From the NCBI GenBank assembly GCA_965248695.1, contig CBDFKD010000002.1, positions 3,936,001-4,000,000 on the forward strand: a stretch of DNA of 64,000 nucleotides. Direction: 5' to 3'. Position numbers and translations under genes: made by a program. Numbering within the stretch: position 1 is the first letter of the stretch; every line of letters begins with the position of its first letter. Of the stretch, positions 50,858 through 59,992 are shown in pieces. Origin of the DNA: Acidobacteriota bacterium. GTDB taxonomy: Bacteria; Acidobacteriota; UBA890; WLXD01. A model generated the notes under the pieces. The model worked only from the letters and a program-made list of their open reading frames with translations, was not told the DNA's origin and ran no database searches.

Positions 50858-52480
50858 TCATCTGATCGGGTTGATGCGCTCGATGATGATCGGCGGCTGC
50901 AGGCTTTCGTCCTTGTGGGCCGGGGCTTGATGGATCCGACGGACGACATCCATCCCCGAGACAACCTGCCCGAACGCGCCAAAACCCTGACCGTCGTTGT
51001 TGCGCATTCCACCGAAGTCCAGCGACGGCTGGGCGCCGATACATATGAAGAAGTCGCCGGTGGCCGTATCCGGAGCGCCACGGGCCATGGAGATGGTTCC
51101 GTCGAGGTGTCGCAGACCGGTGTCGCGTGTACGTTCGAGGGGGATGGGCTCGAATCCGCTGTCACCATCCGTGTTCGCGCCCGCCTGGATCACCTCGATG
51201 AGGATGTCGTCGCGGACCTGATTGTCGAGCGTCACGGTGCGGTGAAACTGACCGCCGTCGTAGCGTCCGGCCTCGACGTAACGTAGGAAGTTGGCGACGG
51301 TTCCCGGCGCCCGCGCGTCGTCGAGCTCCAGCTCGAATGCTCCCAGACCGGTCTCGACACGAACCCGCGTTCGCTCGGTCTGCGAAACTGCGTCCGGGGC
51401 CGAGCTCGATAGCTCCGGGCGGTCCATGATTCGGATCCACTCGCGATCGGACCGCAGTGCCTCGAAGCTGGAGTTTTGTGGCAGCCCACCGCTACCGCGT
51501 CGCGCATTGTAGAGATTGATCTCGACCGCCCGGCGAATCGCGTCGAGCGCATCCGTTCGCCGCCCAAGCTTCAGGTACAAGCTCCCCAGTGCTATCCAGA
51601 CGCTGTCCTTGCCCGGGATCTTGTCGCGCAGCTCGATCAGCATCTGCAGGCCGAGCTCCCGGTCACCGGCCTCGAAAGCCTGATTGGCGGTTGCAATCAC
51701 CCCGCGCGATCGACGCACGGTGAGCAGGCGGCGCAGCTCGATCAGCGGTGTGGGGTGGTCGTTGACGCGAAGATCCTCGGCGACATCGGAGTAGTTGGCG
51801 GCGCCGCCGCGCAGTTGGACGATGAACAGGGCAGCGGATTGCTGCCCCCGCCGGTCGCCGCCGGCGGCCTGCGCAGCATCCAGAGCGTCGAGGACGCGAT
51901 CTGCCAGCGGTTTACCGCTCGTCGACTCGAACGACTCGGCCATTCCATCGACCACCCCCGACCCGGTCATGCTGTTGGCCTGGGCACAGTAGTCGACACC
52001 ACATCGATGCCCTTTCCAGGCCTCCTGCGGATCGTCTCGAGGGTGTGCGTAGACGTCGAGGCCCACGGGGCCGCCTCCGGTGAACGCGGCGGTGCGCCCC
52101 TGGAAGTCGAGAATCGCCACCTGCCGGCGCGCGCTCGCCTCGTCGCTGCGTACCAGCTGCGCCATGATCTCCTGCGGGTGCAGGCCGGCCATGAGCATCT
52201 CCATTCCGATCCTGCCGTAGAACGGATTGGACGACATCTGATGCACGATCACCCCGACGCCACCTCGGAACGACGATCCGTTGCGCCCCACGGCCAGGAC
52301 CCTGCTCGCCACACCGATCCCGAGCTCGCCGGTTCCCGGGTCGCGAACGATGATCGAGTAGGTGCTCAGGTAGTCGGGGTCGAAGTCGGTACTGGTCGGG
52401 TCGTAGACATAGTCCTGCGCGCCCGCCGCCACGGCGGAGCACAGGAACAAGGTGCACACGAGCGCTGACGTGCGGAGCAT
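50858..52480 (-). CDS. Secreted DUF1028 (Ntn-hydrolase-like) - TPR - cyclophilin PPIase fusion
   Basis: STYSII.RDP.TGELG.GVAS and AGGDRRGQQSAA; TPR-like helices; APGTVANFLRYV, FHR, GTISMAR, FFI and AFGQVVSGMDVV. Confidence 0.85.
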   Translation of the reverse strand: MLRTSALVCTLFLCSAVAAGAQDYVYDPTSTDFDPDYLSTYSIIVRDPGTGELGIGVASRVLAVGRNGSSFRGGVGVIVHQMSSNPFYGRIGMEMLMAGLHPQEIMAQLVRSDEASARRQVAILDFQGRTAAFTGGGPVGLDVYAHPRDDPQEAWKGHRCGVDYCAQANSMTGSGVVDGMAESFESTSGKPLADRVLDALDAAQAAGGDRRGQQSAALFIVQLRGGAANYSDVAEDLRVNDHPTPLIELRRLLTVRRSRGVIATANQAFEAGDRELGLQMLIELRDKIPGKDSVWIALGSLYLKLGRRTDALDAIRRAVEINLYNARRGSGGLPQNSSFEALRSDREWIRIMDRPELSSSAPDAVSQTERTRVRVETGLGAFELELDDARAPGTVANFLRYVEAGRYDGGQFHRTVTLDNQVRDDILIEVIQAGANTDGDSGFEPIPLERTRDTGLRHLDGTISMARGAPDTATGDFFICIGAQPSLDFGGMRNNDGQGFGAFGQVVSGMDVVRRIHQAPAHKDESLQPPIIIERINPIR

Positions 52481-52559
52481 GGTTACCCCCTTGATACGCG
52501 GAGTGGCCGTCAATCACGTGTAGTACGACTTGCGGCCGGAGTTCAACCGGCTTGGCGGC

Positions 52560-54191
52560 CTAGAGCGCTGCGGGAGGCGCCGCCAGCGGTACGCCGACGC
52601 CGCCACCGGCGAGGCTTCCCGGCTGAACTGTCGCGGTGGTGGTGGTGGTGCCGCCGCTCAGCTTGTTGAGGTAAGCGTTCGGCTCGTGATCCAGCGCCCC
52701 GGCCGGCAGGTGTTCCCAGAGTGGGCCCAGCTCGCTGCGCACGCGGTTGACGAAGAACTCCGGGATCACATCGGTCTCGCGTTCATAGAACGCTCGCAAC
52801 GGGCGGTCTTCGCGTAGCCGTCGCCGGAGCTCGGTGTAGTAACGGATGCGCCCATATCCTTCCGATGAGACCGCCCGCACGACGTTCATCCAGGTTGCGA
52901 AGCCGCGCTGCGAGGCGCGCGCCCGGCGGGCGATGCGCCGCGGCGAAAACGTGTAGCGGGTCAGGTCGATGACTCGGTCGTAGAAGTCGCCCCACTCGTA
53001 GTTGATCGGCTTGACGTTCATCGCGTGGTTGTTGTTGAGGAAGTGGAACGGGAAGGCGAGCACGCGTCCGGCGCGTTGCAGGTCGAGGTTCAGTGGTGCC
53101 GCCTCGCCGAAGGCAGACAGCAACGAGTACCCGGGGAACGCCCCCGGCGAGCGATCTATGAAGCGTTTGGTGAGCTCGAACGGCTCGGCGCCCGCGTCGC
53201 CGTCGAGTCCGAGCACAAAGTTGGCCTGCACGTAGGGGATGTGATCCATGATCAGGTTCACGTGTTCGGAAACGTGGCGCACCTTGTCCATCCCGGATTT
53301 GAGCCCGGTGCGCGACTTGCCGCCGAGGTCGTACCAGGATTCGACGCCGGGGAGCATGGCCTTGAATCCGGCGTCGCGCAATCGTCGCAGATTCGGTTCC
53401 GACAGCAGTGCGAGGCTGCTCTCGGCGGCGAAACGAATTGTCCCGGGGGGGACGGCCTCTTCGATCGTCGTCAGATAGTCGTCGAACCGCACGCCGAAGT
53501 TCGGATCGTGCCAGCCTACGCACGGCTTGGGCATCACCTTCGTCAGGAAGCGTAGGTCGTCGCGTATCTGCTCGAAGTCGAGCGGCTGGTAGTCGACCTC
53601 GGCGTCGATGCAGAAGCTGCAGGTGTAGGGACACCCGACGCTGCCGATCATCGGCACCATCTTGATGCTCGTCGGTACCCGGCGCAGCGTCGACTCGATG
53701 TACTTCCAGCGCTGCCGCACGCTCGGAAGCTCCTGCGGCTGGGTTTTCGCCGCCAGATGGACGCCCATCGGTCGGTGCGGCTGGCAGTCGGAGAGGATCT
53801 CGCCGACGATCTCGCGATCGGTGAAGCCGACGACGTAGTCGAAGTACCGCTGTGCGTCTTCGGGATAGCAGCGTGCGTGTGGTCCGCCGAGCACCGTGAC
53901 CGCGCCGCGGCTGCGGAACAGATTGCTGACCGCGTACGACAGTTGAGCCGCCTGCGAGAACGCCCCGACGAACAGTAGGTCTATGTCGTCCGGCAGCTCC
54001 TCGAGGAGGTCCTCGGCGCCCGTGTAGCAGACCAACTCCACGTCATGTCCGGCCTCCTCGCACCAGACGGCGATCACCTGCGGCATGATGCTCGCGAGGT
54101 TGGCGTTCATCACCCGGGCCCAGAGCGCTTTTGTAGGCGCCTTCGCTACCAGGTCCAGAACGCCGATTCGCAGTCGCCGCAAGTCCACCAT
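52560..54191 (-). CDS. Radical SAM protein with probable N-terminal cobalamin-binding domain
   Basis: VLGGPH, GCPYTCSFC, DPNFG, GVES and FVLGLD.D. Confidence 0.85.
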   Translation of the reverse strand: MVDLRRLRIGVLDLVAKAPTKALWARVMNANLASIMPQVIAVWCEEAGHDVELVCYTGAEDLLEELPDDIDLLFVGAFSQAAQLSYAVSNLFRSRGAVTVLGGPHARCYPEDAQRYFDYVVGFTDREIVGEILSDCQPHRPMGVHLAAKTQPQELPSVRQRWKYIESTLRRVPTSIKMVPMIGSVGCPYTCSFCIDAEVDYQPLDFEQIRDDLRFLTKVMPKPCVGWHDPNFGVRFDDYLTTIEEAVPPGTIRFAAESSLALLSEPNLRRLRDAGFKAMLPGVESWYDLGGKSRTGLKSGMDKVRHVSEHVNLIMDHIPYVQANFVLGLDGDAGAEPFELTKRFIDRSPGAFPGYSLLSAFGEAAPLNLDLQRAGRVLAFPFHFLNNNHAMNVKPINYEWGDFYDRVIDLTRYTFSPRRIARRARASQRGFATWMNVVRAVSSEGYGRIRYYTELRRRLREDRPLRAFYERETDVIPEFFVNRVRSELGPLWEHLPAGALDHEPNAYLNKLSGGTTTTTATVQPGSLAGGGVGVPLAAPPAAL

Positions 54192-54321
54192 CCGTCAGGA
54201 GCGACGTCTGGCTCTGGCTGCCTTTTCGGCCCGGGCCGGGTCGTGTGCAGCGGAGGGCAAGCGCCTGGGGGTCGTCCACGTCGTCAGGCGGTGGACGGAT
54301 GCTGAGTAGGAAGGTGGCCAA

Positions 54322-54351
54322 ATGCTAGGGCACGAGGACACCGGGTTGCAA
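54322..54351 (-). promoter_or_regulatory. Candidate sigma70 promoter of the radical SAM gene
   Basis: Minus strand TTGCAA-N18-TAGCAT about 130 nt upstream of the start. Confidence 0.4.
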
Positions 54352-54385
54352 CCTGACCGGTCCGCCTGGCGGCCCCCGTGGTTGA

Positions 54386-55090
54386 CTAGCGATGGTCCGC
54401 GGCGTTGTCCATACGGTCGAGATACGGCGCCACAATTCGCGTCCACAGGTCGTAACCTGCTGCGCTCAGGTGCAGGCCGTCTTCGACGAACAGTACCGGC
54501 CGTGGGGTGCCGTCGGTGCCGAGCATGGGCGTCGCCGTGTCGGCGTAGAACAGCAGCGGGTCCTGGTCCGAAAACCGGCGGATCAGGGCGTTTGCGCGCG
54601 CCATCTCGGGCCATAGCGCCCAGCGACTCAGGCTGGGCTTGATGGGCACGAAGAGCACCGGCGTTGTTGGTAGGGCGTCTCGCACCAGGCCGATGAAAGC
54701 GGCGTAGTGCTCGAACACCTGTTGTGGACTCTTTCCGCCCGCGAGGTCATTGTCGCCCGCATAGAACACGATGGCGCTGGGGGCGTACTTCAACACGATG
54801 CGCGCGGCGAAATGGTTCACATCGGAGATGTGCGAGCCGCCGAAGCCGCGATTCATCACCGCGACGCCCGGGAACCTGTCGGCCGTGGGCCAGAAGCGAA
54901 TGCTGGAGCTGCCGACGAAGAGAACGGGATGCGGAGGGGCGGCGTTCTTCCGGTCCCATTGCTCGAAGGCGTCGATCTCGGTATCGAAACGGCCCGGGTC
55001 CGGGTCGGCCGTCGTTTGTGGCTCCGCGAGCGCAAGCGCCGCGAACCCGGCAGCTAAGAACACGCTGACCAGAACGAGTCGGCGACGCAT
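54386..55090 (-). CDS. Secreted SGNH/GDSL hydrolase
   Basis: FVGSSSI, NRGFGGS, YAGDND and DGLH. Confidence 0.92.
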   Translation of the reverse strand: MRRRLVLVSVFLAAGFAALALAEPQTTADPDPGRFDTEIDAFEQWDRKNAAPPHPVLFVGSSSIRFWPTADRFPGVAVMNRGFGGSHISDVNHFAARIVLKYAPSAIVFYAGDNDLAGGKSPQQVFEHYAAFIGLVRDALPTTPVLFVPIKPSLSRWALWPEMARANALIRRFSDQDPLLFYADTATPMLGTDGTPRPVLFVEDGLHLSAAGYDLWTRIVAPYLDRMDNAADHR

Positions 55091-55260
55091 GCTTGGTCTC
55101 CTCAACGTCTGCGGTTCTGCCGATGAGCGATGCGGTTGATCATCGCTAGACCAAGATTGTAGCCGTTCACGGGAGCGGCCCCGGTGTCGAGCGCGACGGC
55201 CACTCGAGCGCACCGCGGAGCTTCGACGTAGGCGACGCGTTGGTACAGACTGGCGCCGCC

Positions 55261-56463
55261 ATGATGTCCTCAGAACGACTCTCGCTGCGCTTCTCCAACG
55301 TCGGCCACAGCTTCTCGCATCTGTTCATGCTGCTGTATCCCACCGCGTTGCTCGGTCTGGAAGCGGAGCTGAGCATGAGCTACGCGGAGCTGATCGCGCT
55401 GCTGACGGCAGGCAACGTCCTTTTCGGTCTCGGCGCCTTGCCGGCTGGCTGGCTGGGCGACCGCTGGGACACCCTGCGAATGATGGTGCTGTTCTTCGTC
55501 GGTCTCGGCGCCGCGTCGATTCTCACCGGGCTGATGAGCAGCGCCTTCGGCATCGGGCTCGGGCTTGCCTTGATCGGTCTGTTCGCGTCGATCTACCACC
55601 CGGTCGGGATTGCCTGGTTGGTCCGCAACGCTCCGAGGCCCGGCCGTGTGCTCGGCGTCAACGGAGTCTTCGGCAGCTTCGGCATTGCCTCGGCCAGCTT
55701 GATCTCCGGCCTGCTGACCGATCTGATCAGCTGGCGGGCCGCCTTCATCCTTCCGGGGGTCGTTTCGACTGTCACCGGCCTGTTGCTCTGGCGTCACATT
55801 CGCCACGGCACGATTGTCGCTGGCGAGGGCGACGTCGAGGAGCAAGACTCGGGCCCGCCGACCGCAGGTCGATCCCGCGTTTACCTGGTGCTTGCCGTCG
55901 CGGTGCTGTGCGGCGGCACCATGTTCCAGGCGCTGTCCGTCGTAATGCCCAAGCTGTTTACCGAGAGGCTGCTGCAACCGGGTGGGTTCAACGCCCTGGG
56001 GGCCGGCGGTCTGGTATCGCTCGTGTACCTCATCGCTGCCGCCGCCCAGGTGCTCGGCGGTTATCTCGCCGATCGCCATACGGCCCGCTCAGTCTACGTT
56101 GGCCTGTACGCGATCATCGCACCTTTGTTGCTGGTTGCGGCCGCCATGAGTGGCTACGGCCTGGTCGTGACCCTGGCTGCCGTTGTCTTCCTGCAAACCG
56201 GGGCCATTCCGGTCGAGAACGTCCTACTGGCGCGTCATTCGCCGCCCCAGTGGCGCGGCACGGTCTACGGCGTCAAGTTCGTAATCGCCTTCGGGCTCGC
56301 CTCGGTCGCCGTACCCATGGTGGCAGCGTTGTACAGCTTCACCGGCGGGTTCTTCTGGGTGCTGGTGACCCTGGCAGGGCTCGGCGTGGTTGTGGCGTTC
56401 GTCTGCGCATTCCTGCCGAGCGATGGACGTCCGGCACCAGTGCCGCCGCTGCCGGGCCGGTAG
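55261..56463 (+). CDS. MFS transporter
   Basis: About 12 TMs; GWLGDRW, ASIYHP and GGYLADR. Confidence 0.92.
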   Translation: MMSSERLSLRFSNVGHSFSHLFMLLYPTALLGLEAELSMSYAELIALLTAGNVLFGLGALPAGWLGDRWDTLRMMVLFFVGLGAASILTGLMSSAFGIGLGLALIGLFASIYHPVGIAWLVRNAPRPGRVLGVNGVFGSFGIASASLISGLLTDLISWRAAFILPGVVSTVTGLLLWRHIRHGTIVAGEGDVEEQDSGPPTAGRSRVYLVLAVAVLCGGTMFQALSVVMPKLFTERLLQPGGFNALGAGGLVSLVYLIAAAAQVLGGYLADRHTARSVYVGLYAIIAPLLLVAAAMSGYGLVVTLAAVVFLQTGAIPVENVLLARHSPPQWRGTVYGVKFVIAFGLASVAVPMVAALYSFTGGFFWVLVTLAGLGVVVAFVCAFLPSDGRPAPVPPLPGR

Positions 56464-56473
56464 CGTGCTTGGG

Positions 56474-58159
56474 CTACAGGCCCTCGGCCTTGCTACACCG
56501 GCGCGGATCGCCGCAGGCGGTCATCGTGCCCGAGTCTGGTTCGAAGTGGATTCCTTCGAACGAGCCGTGGTAGAGGCTCCAGGGATTGACGATGTCGAAC
56601 TCGATACCCCGTTGCTCGACAGCCTCGCGGACGCGGTGGTCATAGTTCTTTTCGATCGTAATTCCACCGCTGCCTACGGGGCTCCCGTAGCGTGGCCGAT
56701 TTACCGACTCCTCGATCGGCATGGCGAAGTCCATGATGTTGATCGCGTTCTGGAGCATGCATTGCGACAGGCTCCGGCTGGGCGACCCGCCGGCGAGGAA
56801 AGGCGCCCCGTCCTCGAAGACGATCATGCCGCCGGGGCCCACGAGCCCGCGCTCGCCCGGGCTGCCACCGTAGACTCGCAGCGAGCAGAGGTTCACGCCC
56901 TTTACCCATAGGCCGGTCTCGAACGGAGCCTGGTTCGACGAATGCACCAGGCTGGCGACGTTCCCTTGCTCGTCGGCCACGGTCACGGCGCAGGTGTCTT
57001 CGGGCAAGGAGGTGGCTGCTGCGGTTGGCGTTACCTCCTCTGTCTGCAGTTGCTCCAGACGCCGGCGGGCCAGCTCGTCAGCGTCGAGGCTGTGCGGTCT
57101 GAAGTAGTCACCCTCGACGATCGTGAGGCTGCGGATCATCTGGTACATCGTGTCCGCCGATTCCGTCGGCGGGCCCTGCGCCGGGATATCCAGCAGCTCA
57201 AGAACATCCAGGGTCTCGGTGATGACCGGCAGCGCGTACCCGTTGAAATCACGATAGGAGATCGGCAGCGCCCGGACGTCGAATCCACGGTAGCTGCTCG
57301 CAGCAGCCTCTTCGGTCGTCGCCTCGTAGCGCTCCATGTCCTGGCGTGTGACGTCGCGGCCGCCGTTCTGGGAGATACGGCAGAATTCCTCGGCGAAATC
57401 GCCGCGATAGAAGTACTCGTTGCCTTCCTCGGCGAGCTGCTCGAGCGTATGCGCGGCCTCCTCTTGATAGAGCATCGCGCCCGGGCGGGGAATGGCATGG
57501 TCGGGCATGTAGATTCTCAGTCCGGCGTCGGAGCGGCCGATTTTCTCGGACTCCATGAAGATCTCTCCCCAGAGGAACGGGTGGGTCTCGAAGCCGTCTC
57601 GAGCGTAGCGAATGGCCGGAGCCATGAGCTCTTTCTTCGACTTCGTGCCGAAGCGCGAGAGCGCTTCCTCGAAACCGGCCCAGAACCCCGGCACACCGGC
57701 CCCTCCCCAGGCCTCTGGCGCCCCGTCGGTCTCCGGGGCGCCCAGCGGAACGTTGGCACTGCCATCGACATAGATCGTCTTGCCGCTCGCCGCGTCGTAG
57801 TACGTCAACGTCAAGTAACCGGTGACTCCCACCAGGTGTGGCTGGATGACGGTCTGCGTGATGGCGACGCAGAGCGCGGCGTCGCAGGCGTTGCCGCCGG
57901 CTCTCAGGACGTTGACGGCTTCACGCGTGGCGAGCGGATGCGCGGTAATCGCCATGCCCGTCCTGCTCCGCGCCGGGGTCTTGCGGCCGAATTGGGCTTC
58001 AGCGATGAGGTCCTGCCGTTCCCGCTCGCCGATTCTGTCACCGACTTGCGAGGAGGCCGGACCCCGTCTGACGGTTGACTTCGAGAGACCGAGCTCCCCG
58101 ACCCCCGCCACTGCCGCACCGGCGAACGCGTTCCTGAGAAAAGCTCTTCGATCCTGCAT
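56474..58159 (-). CDS. ggt: Gamma-glutamyltransferase family (Ntn) protein with Tat signal
   Basis: DRRAFL; GGNA.DAA, GVPG, PAIRYARDGF, FYRG, nucleophile DTCAVTVAD..GN and DPRR. Confidence 0.85.
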   Translation of the reverse strand: MQDRRAFLRNAFAGAAVAGVGELGLSKSTVRRGPASSQVGDRIGERERQDLIAEAQFGRKTPARSRTGMAITAHPLATREAVNVLRAGGNACDAALCVAITQTVIQPHLVGVTGYLTLTYYDAASGKTIYVDGSANVPLGAPETDGAPEAWGGAGVPGFWAGFEEALSRFGTKSKKELMAPAIRYARDGFETHPFLWGEIFMESEKIGRSDAGLRIYMPDHAIPRPGAMLYQEEAAHTLEQLAEEGNEYFYRGDFAEEFCRISQNGGRDVTRQDMERYEATTEEAAASSYRGFDVRALPISYRDFNGYALPVITETLDVLELLDIPAQGPPTESADTMYQMIRSLTIVEGDYFRPHSLDADELARRRLEQLQTEEVTPTAAATSLPEDTCAVTVADEQGNVASLVHSSNQAPFETGLWVKGVNLCSLRVYGGSPGERGLVGPGGMIVFEDGAPFLAGGSPSRSLSQCMLQNAINIMDFAMPIEESVNRPRYGSPVGSGGITIEKNYDHRVREAVEQRGIEFDIVNPWSLYHGSFEGIHFEPDSGTMTACGDPRRCSKAEGL

Positions 58160-58299
58160 CGGCTTTCTCCCTCCGAGCACAGACACCATCGCTCCACGGC
58201 GCGAGTTTATTCTCTGCAGCGCCAGATCGGTCGTGGGCGCAGTCATCCCGATAGGATCACGGCCCCGATAGAAGCGATCGATGCCGGCGCGCCCTGTCC

Positions 58300-59103
58300 C
58301 TAGAACGGGGACCAGGCAGGGTTGCTGTTGAACACGCCTCGCCCACCATCTGCGACCACGCTGCCGGATGCCGTCAGCCTGATCTGGTTCGTCCCATCGA
58401 TGTTCATGATGTAGATCTCGTAGTTGCCGTTCTGCGGCTCGCCGTCGCGATCCGTCGAGTAGACGATCTGCTTGCTGTCCGGGGTCCAGGTCGGCACCTC
58501 GTCGAGGGCGCGCGTGAACGTCAGCCGTTGCTGGTTCGTGCCGTCGACGGCGTTTGCCAGGTAGATCTCGGGGTCGTCCCGGTCTCGGTCTGCCTCGAAT
58601 GCGATCCACAGCCCGTCCGGCGACCAGGCGAGGAAGTTGTTCACTCGTCCCAGCGGATGGTCCTCGGTCAGCTGGGTCAGGTTGTAGCCCCAGTTGCCCT
58701 CGTCGACGTTCGTTCGCCAAACCTGCGAGCTGCCGCTACGTCCGGAGTCGAATGCGATCATCGATCCGTCGGGCGACCAAGAAGGCCCGCCGTCACGGGC
58801 GGGGTCGATGGTCAGCCGTGTCACCCCTGATCCGTCGGCGTTCATGATGTAGACGTCGGCGTTGTCGTCGCGCGATGACGCGAACGCGATGCGCCCGCCG
58901 TCGGGCGACCACGTCGGGGCGCCATCAAACCCCGGGTTGTGAGTCAGCCGGGTCACGTTGGAGCCGTCCGCATCCATGACGTAGATCTCGGGGTCGCCGT
59001 CCCGGTTCGACACGAAAGCGATCTTGGACGTCGCGCTCTGCGGCGCCGCCAGCTGCATGAGCAGGCCAACGACCGAGGAGAGCAATAGGCAGCGGATGAG
59101 CAT
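58300..59103 (-). CDS. Secreted TolB-like PD40 repeat protein
   Basis: Repeats IAF.S.RDG..EIYVM.ADGS...RLT and P.WSPDG. Confidence 0.92.
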   Translation of the reverse strand: MLIRCLLLSSVVGLLMQLAAPQSATSKIAFVSNRDGDPEIYVMDADGSNVTRLTHNPGFDGAPTWSPDGGRIAFASSRDDNADVYIMNADGSGVTRLTIDPARDGGPSWSPDGSMIAFDSGRSGSSQVWRTNVDEGNWGYNLTQLTEDHPLGRVNNFLAWSPDGLWIAFEADRDRDDPEIYLANAVDGTNQQRLTFTRALDEVPTWTPDSKQIVYSTDRDGEPQNGNYEIYIMNIDGTNQIRLTASGSVVADGGRGVFNSNPAWSPF

Positions 59104-59491
59104 GGCGATCCGTCCTTCAAGACAAGAGGGGGTGTCCGGACCCGGGTCAGTATGCGAACGAAGTCCCCATATGAGTAGGACTCATGATCGCCATGTTCAA
59201 CCCAGCGCGGTAGATGGACCCTGGTCGGCGCACCGGGCCGATACGCTGTGTTGGTCCGTTCGAGCTCACCCGGCACGGAGGCTGTCATGAAGAGGGAGAT
59301 CCCGTTCGCCCTGATCCGCTGGGAGATGACCGGTTTGACCGACGAGGTGGACAAGCTCTGGTAGCCAGGGGCAAGGCATAATGTCCGTCGAATCCGAAAG
59401 AAGGAGTGCCCCGATGGGGTCGAGCAACGACTCCACAGACGGGGTTTATGATGCTCGCGGAGTGGAAGAAGCACCTCGCCCAGGAGCATGG

Positions 59492-59992
59492 ATGATGAAC
59501 AACGTCACGCTACGTGTGAACGGCGCCACACACACGGTCGACGTCGACCCGGCGACCCGGCTGCTGTACGTCCTGCGAAACGATCTCGGCCTGCGGGGGC
59601 CGCGGTTCGGGTGTGGGCTCGGCCAGTGCGGAGCGTGCACGGTGATCATCGACGGTGTGGCGACACGGTCGTGTGTCACGCGCGCGTCGCGGGTGAGCGG
59701 CGAGATCACGACGCTCGAGGGTCTTGCCACCAACGGGACACTGGATCCGGTGCAACAGGCCTGGATCGACGAGCAGGTGCCGCAGTGCGGCTTCTGTCAG
59801 AACGGCCAGATCATGACCGCCAAGGCCCTGCTGGATCAGAATCCGAACCCGACCGATGCCGAGATTCGCGACGGGATGGCCCTAGCCCTGTGTCGGTGCA
59901 TGACGTACTACCGGGTCCAGGCGGCGATCAAGCGTGTGGCGCGCGGAGCACAGGCCGGCGAACCGACCGTCGCCGAGGAGGTGCCCCGATGA
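59492..59992 (+). CDS. (2Fe-2S) small subunit of an isoquinoline 1-oxidoreductase-type molybdo-enzyme
   Basis: FGCGLGQCGACTV, RSC, QCGFCQNG and LCRC. Confidence 0.94.
   Translation: MMNNVTLRVNGATHTVDVDPATRLLYVLRNDLGLRGPRFGCGLGQCGACTVIIDGVATRSCVTRASRVSGEITTLEGLATNGTLDPVQQAWIDEQVPQCGFCQNGQIMTAKALLDQNPNPTDAEIRDGMALALCRCMTYYRVQAAIKRVARGAQAGEPTVAEEVPR

Noticed and set aside
52633-52650. (GGT)n microsatellite
   Set aside because: Short in-frame Thr run in a low-complexity C-terminal tail; it cannot shift the frame.
58300-59000. DNA-level repeats resembling an array
   Set aside because: They are PD40 protein repeats, degenerate at third codon positions, not CRISPR.
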